This document shows, piece by piece, positions 27,901 to 37,640 of a stretch of 64,000 bases of DNA. Position numbers and translations under genes: made by a program. Source of the stretch: Phoronis australis (Eukaryota > Animalia > Phoronida); NCBI GenBank assembly GCA_002633005.1, contig NMRA01000692.1:136977-200976 (forward strand). The letters are read 5' to 3'. Within the stretch, counting starts at the first letter, position 1. Each line of letters starts with the position of its first letter. The notes beneath the pieces are model-generated. The model searched no databases. It worked only from the letters and a program-made list of their open reading frames with translations, and was not told where the DNA came from.

Positions 27901-30900
27901 TATTTTAGTACTTCGTTTTGGTCCGCCATCTTAGAATAACTAACAGCAATGCAAAGCGTTGAAATGCACCTGTGACTGTGTTAAAATGCTCATTAGAAAC
28001 TCGACCCGTTTCACATGAAAAATCTTGCCAAAAAGTACTATGGCCAACAGAGGGTGCTACACTAGACTAAAAATCAACTGTAGTGGTGGACCTCAAAGCT
28101 TAATCTTAAGTTTAAATTGAGGGGCCTGATAGTGTCATTGCGGCAAAACGCAGACTTTGCCCAAAAGACCAGACTGACTATCCAAACTACAGGGTCAGGA
28201 ATGGTGAAGAAGCAGAAGTTTTAAACTGTCTCTCTAATAACTGACAGACAAGGAATTTTGCAATGAAAATTACAACTAAGCCAACATTGGGGGTGTTACG
28301 ATAGTCGAAAACCACTAGCACTAGTAAGTCCCTGCCAAACATCTAACTCCTGTTAAAAGACTCAAAATATTCTTTGAATTAGTCTAACATAAATCAGCCA
28401 ACAGATAAGATATCAAGTCTTATGTGAACTGTGAATCGTCTTCATCCATGTTCTACGATTTCCTTCCAACTTTTTGTTTGAATAATTATATTGACATATG
28501 GGCAGTTGATTTGATGATTTTGAAATGCCGCTTCCTGCAGCAAGATAAAACCTACATTCTATGTTACCACGACAACAGGAAATAAACAGCCTGCTGCAAT
28601 TGGTCACCACACAGTCAACTATGATCATTCAGCAACAGATGGCATTACTGCAGTATCAACACAAACTGGACAACATGAGTCAGACACTGGATGCCATGGT
28701 TTATAGGGAACAGGAAGAAGAGACCACTCTTGAGCACAGGGTCAAATCCTTGGAGGGTAAGTGGTCACTAACATTTACCAATTGACCATTAAGCTGCTTC
28801 AGCGGTGAAGTGGCAAAAGATACAAAGTGCACAAGCCTGAGGTCGACGTGGATTCAATTTCTTCGGCTTCACTAAACATATTGTATAGTAGCTTTTATGA
28901 ACATTAAGCAGTGCTGTGAAAATATCCCTTCCTTGGAACATAGAGACAAGTCTTGGAGAGAAAAGCAGAAAAACAGGACCAAAATACGTAATGTGTATCT
29001 TCCTATGGTTGAGTATCAAGTGTGATAATTGACCACATGCGGGGAAAATCCCACAAAAAAGTACTCTCGTGGTTTAATTTTTTAACACTACAAGTAAGCT
29101 TTTCCAACTTCACACTTTTATACTTGTGCACTGAGCAGAGTTCAAAGTAGTTACCACAAGTTTGATTTACTCTCCTTTTGAAGACATAATTTTGGTTGAT
29201 GGGACTCGAATGTAGGTTTAAAACTCCAAAGTACAATCTGCTAATGGATCAACTGCTCCCTTGCAGGACTAATTGTTGACATAGAAGGCTATAATGGTTG
29301 TTCAGACCTGCTGGTGTCTGGACAAAGCCCGATACCCGATAGCGCCATCACCGTGTCATCGTTCTGGAGTGCACCTCATGGCCCAGCAGCGGCGAGGATA
29401 TACACAACCACTGGCGCCGGCTGCTGGGCGACAAAGGTGAACGACTATAACCAGTGGATAAAGTTTGACTTTGGACGGACCAAGAAAGTAATGGCCATAC
29501 TGACCAAAGGCCGACACTCCAACTATGCACAGTTTGTGCGGAGATTTAAGTTGTACTACAGCTCAGACGGGGCCAACTGGTCAGTGTACAAGAACGCCAG
29601 TGGACAAGACAAGGTACTAATGGCACAAAACTAAAGAGACTTGTCTCATAGGCATAGCAAGCACGCGTGCAATTATGCCCGGACGTATTTCAAAATTAGA
29701 ACTACACCAGTAGCGACATGACATCCTATTTCTATTTCTGTCAAATGATTATGTTGTCGCTATCAACTCAATTCATATAGCCACGAAACTATAAAATTTA
29801 ATACAGTAAAGGGTACAAATACAAAGTGTGAAAATACAAAGAATGTTGCCATAGAGTTTGATATTTAACGTTATACCAATCCGCTATTAACCGGGACAGG
29901 TGACCATGTCTTTTAAGAAAAATTTGGAAAAAAAGAAACTAAGGTAGACTAATAGCAAAACAACGATATCGAGAACATGATCAAATTTAGTTTGATACAA
30001 ATGTTCAAGACATAATGGCAAAAATGCTGATTTCATTTTCATTTCACGTAAATTAAAAAATCCCTGTTTGACAACCTTTCGTGCAGAAGCAGAACATTTT
30101 AAAAACGATTTTTAAAAGCATTTTGAAGAACAGAACATAAAGCATCTCATCTGAAAAATTCACGCAACACAATCAGCCATTTCTGACATATGACGATCCA
30201 AAGCTAGGCAAATTTGAACATTTCTCTATGGCCCCAGTCTTTTAAGGCAATGTAGTGCCAAAGAAGAATAGGTATAATGTCCGACATCGATTCATTTAAT
30301 TAAGCAAGCCAGCATGAATAACATGGATACACAGTAATTTTGTGTAAATGAACTGCAAATTATGAAATCATATTTTGTGTAAATGAACTGCAAACTACGA
30401 AATCACATTTAGTGTAAATAAACTGCAAACTATGAAATCACATTTTGTATAAATGAACTGCAAGCTATGAAAATCACATTTTGTGTAAATGAACTGCAAA
30501 CTATGAAACCATATTTCAGGTTTTCCCTGGGAACTTTGACGCCGAATCCGTGAGAAAGAATCACCTGGAACCAGCAGTAAATGCACGCTACATTAGGATC
30601 AACCCAGTCACATGGTTTGGACACATTTCAATGAGAGTCGACTTTTTGGGCTGTAATCCATGAGCGCTGACACACAGAGCCCAAGGATGCAAACTGGACT
30701 TTTTAAAGTTGTAATTATATTGTAATTATAATGTAATTATTGTGAAAAATATAATCAAATTTCGATAAACATCAAAGAGGGATTCAAATAGGAGAGTTGT
30801 TCAAATGTTACTACAAAATGACAGCCTACAGAAATATTGAAATTTGGTTTGACACTAACTGACGATTTGTATATCAAGAAATAAAGGAAAGTTTCATTTA

Positions 30901-33900
30901 CAACACCCATTGCTGTAAATTATACCAGTCAATCTGGACGCGGTTGTATGGAAGTTATACTTTGGATACAAACAAGGACGCCTCCTGCTGCTATTGTTGA
31001 ACAATGTACTTAACGTCACGTCACAATCAAACTTATTCAGCCACTAGATTTAAAGTTTTATGCAACCGAGCTTGGTTCTCCTATTCAGTACTAAATTATT
31101 TGATGACAACTAACATCATATTCTTTGAGTTTCACTCATAATAAAGTTGTGTGTATGCATGGCAACTCTACCTGTAACGTTGGGTGTGTATCCATGGCAA
31201 CTCTACCTGTAACATTGGGTGTGTATCCATGGCAACTCTACCTATAACGTTGAGTGTGTATCCATGGCAACTCTACCTATAACGTTGAGTGTGCATCCAT
31301 GGCAACTCTACCTATAACCTTGAGTGTGTATCCATGGCAACTCTACCTATAACGTTGAGTGTGTAACCATGGCAACTCTACCTGTATTATGTTGGGTGTG
31401 TATGCATGGCAACTCTACCAGTAATCTTGGGGTAACAAAGACAGATTGCATACTACTATAAACCTGGCACCATCTTGTTTCTTTCCCAGGTGAAAGGCAA
31501 TTTCAAGGATTTTAAAGAATGTAAAATGTTATCGTATGTACAAGTTCATTTCAAGCCATAACTTCAGGCCATAACTTACGTAAGCCCAAAGTACTAGTAC
31601 AATTTATAACAAACGATAATGCTGGAGAACCACCTCATTATGCATTGATGACCTACTGTAAAATGCCCGACAGGATTTTTCATTGAACTGATACATATTC
31701 TGACACCCGGACTGGTCCAATAATTTTCCTCTGCATGTCTTATCTTTTGATCAAAGTACACTGCGCAGACAAGTACAAAATTGATATTCCGTCTTCGACA
31801 CAGTAATTTGAACAGAAAAGGCACACACATTCATAAGCACTACCCGATCCAACAGCCGAGTCATGTTTCGCACAACATACAGCATCAAGGAATATTTGGT
31901 CAGTCTTAATAACAAGTAAGACTCAGATATATCTACATTTTATTTCAAACTGAGAGAAAGAATAAAAAATAATTTACTTGAAATTACTTCCACGGTCATT
32001 GTTGAAGGCTGAATGCAGTAAGTTGTAATTTCCAAGTTGCCAATTGACGTGTCACTTAGCAAGCAATATGACTGTAGGCTAATCAGGAACAGCATGTTCC
32101 ATGTGTGAACACCAGGGAGAGCTTCTTGTTAGATAGAGCATAGTGGGTTTAGCATTTAGTTGCAGAACGAAACTGAATCTTGATAAGCATACCATGAGTG
32201 TTGTCCTTCGGGTAATGTAAAGTTACCTTTCGGAGTCATGAAGTTTATTGAAACCACTACTTTAAAATCACTTACCTTAGAATGTTTATATGGAAATTTT
32301 TTCTCGGGATGCCAACATATCACAGTTTTCTTGTCATGTGACAAAGCCACTTGGAAATCACTGCAAGTACGCAACAAACAATTCTTATCATTTACAGCCA
32401 CTGTTCTAATACTAACTATAGTATTTTCATCCAGGACAACACACGGGGAATTAAAATTACCAAACCCACCAATCAGCGAGTGGATGTAAAACAGGGTTAC
32501 AAAGAGAGTTTTAGAAAAGTTGGGGATAAATGTTAACCTGAAGGAACCAATCGGGCTGTTGAATTTATTTGAGCTAGTTCACAGATAGAAGTCAAAGAAA
32601 ACACTGCCTGAATATAGACAATTCACTGTTTATTTGTCACAGGTATTTGGCAAACCCAATGTCATGCATTGTATTTTTCATTGAGGATTTATAAGGACCT
32701 GTAAGTGTCAATTAAATAAGCTGGGGGTGGGTTTAAAACCAATGAGAAGTTTCAAAAAACGAACGAGAGCTACACCACTGAAATGCAACCATGATCGCAT
32801 AGCAAACAATATGCCTCTGTTTGTTTCGTATAACAAGGCCATAATGATATCACAGCTGAAAATCAATTGGTGCTGGCAGCCCAGACATACACCTCTCTGT
32901 CAAGGTCCATCAAAAATTGGACAAACCATTTCGACAATAAGACAAGCATCGCAAAAGCAAAAACTAAAATAGGGTGTTATGGAAGTCCAATCTAGCTGAT
33001 AACTACTTGATCATGATAGATTGCATCCATAAACCTTTACGTCAAGTTTCATCCAGATCTGTCAAAGCCATTTCAACTACAATCTATATTAGACTATGCT
33101 CGATTTGGCGAGCAGGTCATCAATGCAACCTCAGATTACGTTTGGCGACCTGTCACTACCAAGTCGCCACTGTGTGTATCAAAGTCAGACAATAATTCCC
33201 CGAAATTTGTATCAAAGTTTGTGATGACATCTAAGCATTAAATTACTAAGAGTTTTCCTAGATTTACGGTAATACCTTTGGTTCACAATTGTTCTGCTTA
33301 TTTTGTGAAATCAGCGCATTTGGCACCATCAGCAGTCAGCAAACATCAAAACACGCTTAAATGACAACAAGAAGTAAACAGACGGAAATCAGAGAAGACG
33401 GAATTGTTTGGTAAAAATCAGGCCAGACCAGTCAAACCCGCGCCTCCAGTGTCTTTTTCAGTCGACAATTTGAACGAAAGTTTTGGCAACCTCATCTTTC
33501 TTTTGGTGACCTGGGATTTTTGCCAAGTCGCCAAATGTGACTTGTCGTCAAGCTAAGCCTTGAGCGCTGGAAGTTCAATGTCTAGTCAAAAACTAAAATG
33601 GCCAACAGAGGGAACTGCAGTATGAAAATCATCTGCAACTCATGGATACCCCTCATATATTTTTGCGTCAAGTTCCATAAAGATCTGCCAAGCAGTTTTT
33701 GCAATAATTCTCAGACAAAGCTAAAACGGACAACAGGGGTGCTACTGCATTCAAACCAAATGGTAGCAGGGCAACTTCGCCATTCATCTCTGTATCAAAC
33801 ATTATCAAAATCAGACATTTTTACAATAACTGACAGACAAGCAATATCTATTGAAAACTAAAAGATCTGTAAAGCTGTTACATGAGTAATTGACAGACAA

Positions 33901-36900
33901 GAAAAAGGCCGTTAAAACCAAAGTGGCCAACAGGAAGTGCTAGGTCATTCAACTTCGTCTGAAAAGTGACTGGCGGCGGCTGCACATTAAAAAATATACC
34001 TCTGTGTCCTATTTCAGTAAAATTATTTATTATTGTTGTTAGCTTCATATAAATACAATTATAAAATTTACTAAAGATCCTGCAGTGTGTTTAGGAGATG
34101 CAGCTATCGACACAAAACAAAACTACCACTAGGAAGTGCCAAAGTAGTCGAATTAGTTATTGTCAACCGTCTTCTTCACACTGAGAACATACATGTCAAT
34201 TTTCAAAATCATCCTTTATAATAATGTTTTGGTTGATCGAGGGGTGGACGCCAAAAAAAAGACTCGAAAACAGGAAAAATGGCCATTACATGGTGCAAAG
34301 TACCTCGATTCCATATGAAAAAGGGAGGATAGCATTATCTCACCAATAGATGCCTATATGCCAAAATTTCTGAAAATCCATTGAGGGTTTTGAAAGATAG
34401 AGGTAAACGTAAAAAACTAAAATTACCACTAGGGGGCACACCCGTACTCAGAACCGTCCGAAAGTCCTCGTCAACATCATACTTGCTAAATTTAGTAAAG
34501 AGCCTGTTAACATTTTAGAAGATACTGTCATGTGTGCAAAGAAAAAAATGCCACTAGGAGGTGCCAAAAGAGTCGAAATTGTCAGAAAATCATCATCACT
34601 TGTCCTTTTCATAGTAAGAACATATAAATGCCAATTTTCATAATCATCCTTAGCGCGGTTTGGTTGATAGAGAGGTGGATGCCAAAAAACAGACTCGGAA
34701 ACAACAAAAATGCCTACTAAGTGGTGCAAACTACATCAAATCAATCTGAAAATGGGAGAATAGCGTCATGTCACTAATAGATGCCTATGTGCCTAATTTT
34801 GTGAAAACACGTTGAGGACCTTGGAAGATATAGAGGTAAGCATAAAAAATAAAAATTGCCACTAGGGGGCACACCGGTAGTCCGATGCGTCCGAAAGTTC
34901 GCTCATGCTGTCCCATCCATGAAAAGAACATGTGTGCAAAATTTCATGAATGTACGTGAACATGTTTTGGAGATAGAGTAGCGGACGCCAGAGGCACATC
35001 GGACGGACGCCGGACGGACAGACGGAGATGACGGCATAATGCGTCCACATATAAATATGTGGGCGCATAAAAATGCATCATGACCTTTGCTACTATATGC
35101 AGCATTGTTGACAACTTATAACACAATTTTAAGGTATTGTCTCAATTGAGCAATTAATTAACTAAGAGTTAGTACCCAGCTTGTTGAACATTAACACCAT
35201 AATCAGGCTGTAAACTGATGAAAGCATGTGCCCTACCAACAACAAACCATCAGGAGTACAATATAGTGACCATGGGTTGAAGACTGGTTACACTTACTTG
35301 ACTGTATTGTGGACACTGTCTGAGTACTGTCTCGTCACTGCCATGCATGTCACACTTTGTCTTGGAAGAAGAGCTAAATGTAAAGAACAACACTGACTCA
35401 GCATCCAGCCAAATACTAAAAGTCCATAATGCACTGCTTGACATTAACGCCTGCCTATTATATTGTATCGGGGCAAGTAGATTTTGAAGTCAGGCAAGTG
35501 GGGCATGGGTATTAGTTGTCCGACCAGGTCAGTGAGTATAGAAAGTAAAAATTTAGAAAACCATCTTCACTTGCCTTAATTCTATTCACTATAAGTCGAT
35601 CTCAACCAGGATATTGGTTATCTGGACGTCTGATGGCTAGACAAAGCCACTGTCTCGACTGGCCCCAATAGAGACCTTCAAGGTCCTATAGGTGCTTCAT
35701 CAGCCGGAAGCTTTTTGGAGAATTATACTTCATACTGATTACAACATCAAAGTCACATTGCTACAAGTACCTTTTGTGCATAAAGGGACACTGTACGAGA
35801 TTGTCTGTCAGAAGTTGATTGTGGGTTTAGTTTAAAAAGTAACATATGCTTTGTGGTTGTGCGTGGATGGAGAGAGAACGAGTAACTAATTTATTATATA
35901 ATAACCACTAATTAATACAAGTGAAACCTGTTGTTAATTAAGTAAACTAACAATGAAGAAGAGTAACAATGCTAATGCCATAGGATAACTTCAATCAGTT
36001 AACCGTAAACAAACATCTCTGCTGCTATCCAATCTGTAGGACTCTGTTCTCATTGGATGACAGTGCTCTTGGTTGATCCCCATACTAACATACACTGTAC
36101 TACCAAAATGTGCTTGCTGGTCACAGTCCTTCGTCATGCAACGACACGGGTAGGCAGTATCTGACTACCCACAATTCCTCTTCCTGGTCATAGTCCTTCA
36201 TGACGCAACAAACAAAAACCACACAATCTAATCTAACCCTATCATTGGCTGTTACAATCTGATCACAGAAATTTCCAGAATCCTTACAGAGCCCAGAACA
36301 AAAGAGGTGAACATCATCTAAAATACATGTAAACATCAAAAAAAAAATGTAAACTGGTTTGAACTTTGACCCAATGGTTTTAGAGGTTTATGTGCACAAA
36401 TGTTGGGCAACTTCAATGGAACTAACTTTACTAATTCTGACCCATCAATGTCTTTAATTCCTCCCAATTTGAACAAATGCTCCTGTAATCAAACCTTTTT
36501 TCAAACAGTCCTTCGTTCAGTTGCTTGAACGAAAGACTGCTAAAAAATATTTGATTACGGAAGTACTGTTTCGAGTTGGAATTAATTAAAGACATCTACA
36601 GCCTCCTAAAGTGTCCCTCTATGCACAAAAGGTACTTATAGTAACATGACTTGATCTTTTAATCAGTTTGAACGACAATTTGATGAAAACCTGGTGGTTT
36701 ATGAAGCCCCTGTATCAGCTTCACCATCTCTATTGAAGCCAGTCAAGATGGCGGCTCTGTCTAGCTGATGGCAAAATACAGCTCACTTATCATTAAATAA
36801 AAAAATCAGAGTACCAGGCTCAAGTAACAATACTGATAACTGTAAACATGCACCACAAAGTGCTGGAAATACTGGAGATTATATGAATCTACAGGAAAAT

Positions 36901-37526
36901 TCATTCTTTGCCCGAGAGCAGGCCTTCAACACGAGGTTGTCCAAGATGTTCAAATGGACACAATGATACAGATTTAGACAATCTCGCCCAGAGTGTCTAA
37001 TTCTGAGTCAAGGCTAGGATGCCCTGTTCACAACGTCCTGTTCAGTATTTGGACACTCAACATTATTTGAAAAATGAGTGGAGGCAAAATGAACACCACC
37101 TTTCTACACCTTTTGTTAAAACTTGGAGGCTAAAATTATGTGATTCGTCAGTTTTGTGGTTCCCCGGATGTTTGTTTTATTTATAGTGCTGGCGGAAGGC
37201 TGCTGACAGTCTTTCATCACGCAATCAGGCTGTGAGGGATGGGTACCTGGATTGGGTTTTACTGAAGCTTGAGTTACAGTAGCTGTGTTTTGGTGAGTAC
37301 TTCTACTTCTACTTCTAGAGTTCTAGAGCCTCTAGGCCTAGCTAGTGAACCTGCAGTAATACAACAAATGCTACACAGGACTACATCGGTCATTACAAGA
37401 CAAAAAGCACCTCAATTCATTACTTATGTATTTAACAAGAGGAACAAATATAAAATCACCTTTTATCAAAGACGAATTAACTGAACTTCGTGACAGGCGA
37501 TGCATAAGTTGTATGGAGGCGGCCAT
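15971..37526 (-). CDS. MRPL42: Mitochondrial ribosomal protein L42 (mL42), 145 aa
   Basis: Six GT-AG, phase-consistent exons: 37526-37460, 35373-35298, 32360-32276, 26161-26129, 20982-20861, 16025-15971 (438 nt). MAASIQLMHRLSRSSVNSSLIKALLPRQSVTCMAVTRQYSDSVHNTVNDFQVALSHDKKTVICWHPEKKFPYKHSKAIPRKEEELGEGDSVLKVKHLL...GPSDRELMKIFHTTRHRWDPKPQRRLAEEPPANPRKAL*. It has a presequence-like N-terminus and the mL42 motifs T..C.HP....PY.H.K.IPR and L.K.F.TT.HRW.P. A minus-strand AATAAA is at about 15739-15744. Confidence 0.92.
16520..16960 (+). repeat. Copy of an unclassified dispersed repeat family (other copies about 58540-59030 +, 60610-61110 +, 62700-62905 -, partial 29890-30225)
   Basis: Shared blocks TTCTGAAAGTAGAAAGCC, TTGGGTCAC(G/A)TGACCAT and CAGCCATTT.TGAGAT.TGATGTTT. 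Termini were not resolved. Confidence 0.6.
17234..17636. mobile_element. PIF/Harbinger-like MITE
   Basis: CTGTGCCCGGTTGCATGAAACAGTCC ... GGACTGTTTCATGCAACTGGGCACAG: about 26-bp TIRs including CWG flanks. An internal partial end copy lies at about 17431-17470. Confidence 0.75.
19830..20738. mobile_element. Non-autonomous DNA transposon, Academ-like (TAG...CTA termini, long TIRs, 3-bp TSD TAA)
   Basis: The left end TAGTTGAGTCGAAAAATGGCCCCCCGTGCATCCCCCGGACTTCAACT is inverted at the right end (...GGGGCCATTCTTCGACTAGACTA). Inverted similarity extends about 170-190 bp. TAA flanks both sides. The superfamily assignment rests on recalled Academ terminal features. Confidence 0.75.
21561..25010 (-). 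mobile_element. Older HINE-like element with expanded internal repeat array, interrupted by 23238-24733
   Basis: The left end AAGAGCAACGCTTGGGCATTGACATGCAACCACG is the reverse complement of the family 3' end. More than ten diverged monomers follow (AAAATGGCCACTAGGAGGTGCT...CAAGTTTCATTGAAATC...TCAGTTCT). Confidence 0.65.
23238..24733. mobile_element. 1.5-kb non-autonomous TIR element nested in a HINE-like repeat array (Sola1-like AATT TSD, or 8-bp TCAATTGA TSD)
   Basis: aatt-GACCTTACGCC ... GGCGTAAGGTC-aatt. Removing it restores a host monomer (aaaatcaattgatgtcgatgcaatc...). No transposase ORF was recognised. Confidence 0.75.
26964..26970 (+). promoter_or_regulatory. TATA box of the nested discoidin-domain gene
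   Basis: TATAAAA begins 78 bp upstream of the ATG at 27042. Confidence 0.55.
27042..30663 (+). CDS. Secreted coiled-coil + F5/8 type C (discoidin/FA58C) domain protein, 277 aa, nested antisense in MRPL42 intron 3
   Basis: Exons 27042-27206, 28579-28756, 29267-29613, 30520-30663, phases 0/1/0. It has a signal peptide (MASEFRGLLALLLVGFLEVTG), CSYKIVPEKGSCP, a heptad segment, then an FA58C domain (IPDSAITVSS...ARI...W...QWIKFDFG...TKGR...FVRRFKLYYSSDG.NW...FPGNFD...ARYIRINPVTW...ISMRVDFLGC). The exon 2 acceptor is the least certain junction. Confidence 0.85.
30337..30519. repeat. 35-bp minisatellite, about 5 copies, abutting the last acceptor of the discoidin gene
   Basis: ATTTTGTGTAAATGAACTGCAAACTATGAAATCAC units. 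Confidence 0.9.
31146..31430. repeat. 35-bp minisatellite, 8 copies, each containing an RFX X-box-like 14-mer
   Basis: Unit GTGTGTATCCATGGCAACTCTACCT(G/A)TAACGTTG(G/A), with core GTATCCATGGCAAC, GTAACCATGGCAAC or close variants. Confidence 0.93.
33590..35073 (-). mobile_element. HINE/DINE-1-like element (reverse orientation)
   Basis: Right end GGACGGACGCCGGACGGACAGACGGAGATGACGGCATAATGCGTCCACATATAAATATGTGGGCGCATAAAAA. The segment 34070-35073 is clearly homologous to the other copies; 33590-34020 has older monomers, so the left boundary is approximate. Confidence 0.72.
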
Positions 37527-37640
37527 ATTGGAAATCAACTGGTCCTTTGACATTTTGTAGAGAAAAGAAGTAAGCGATGACCAGGCGCTCAGATAGCGCC
37601 CCTGGTGGTTACTCAAAACACAGTCTTCCTGTTCGAAATG
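37515..37640. promoter_or_regulatory. Compact bidirectional promoter MRPL42(-)/APEH(+), with a YY1-like site over the MRPL42 ATG
   Basis: The ATGs at 37526 (-) and 37638 (+) are 111 bp apart. Minus-strand CAATATGGCCGCC overlaps the MRPL42 start and resembles the YY1 consensus AANATGGCNGC. Confidence 0.65.

Noticed and set aside
32538-32607. Alternative MRPL42 exon 2 (AVFSLTSICELAQINSTARLVPS)
   Set aside because: Its phases (0/1) do not fit the neighbours (1/2). Exon 35373-35298 fits exactly.
37594-37608. CTCF site in the MRPL42/APEH promoter (minus strand CCACCAGGGGCGCTA)
   Set aside because: One G short of the CCACCAGGGGGCGC core spacing, so it is not called.
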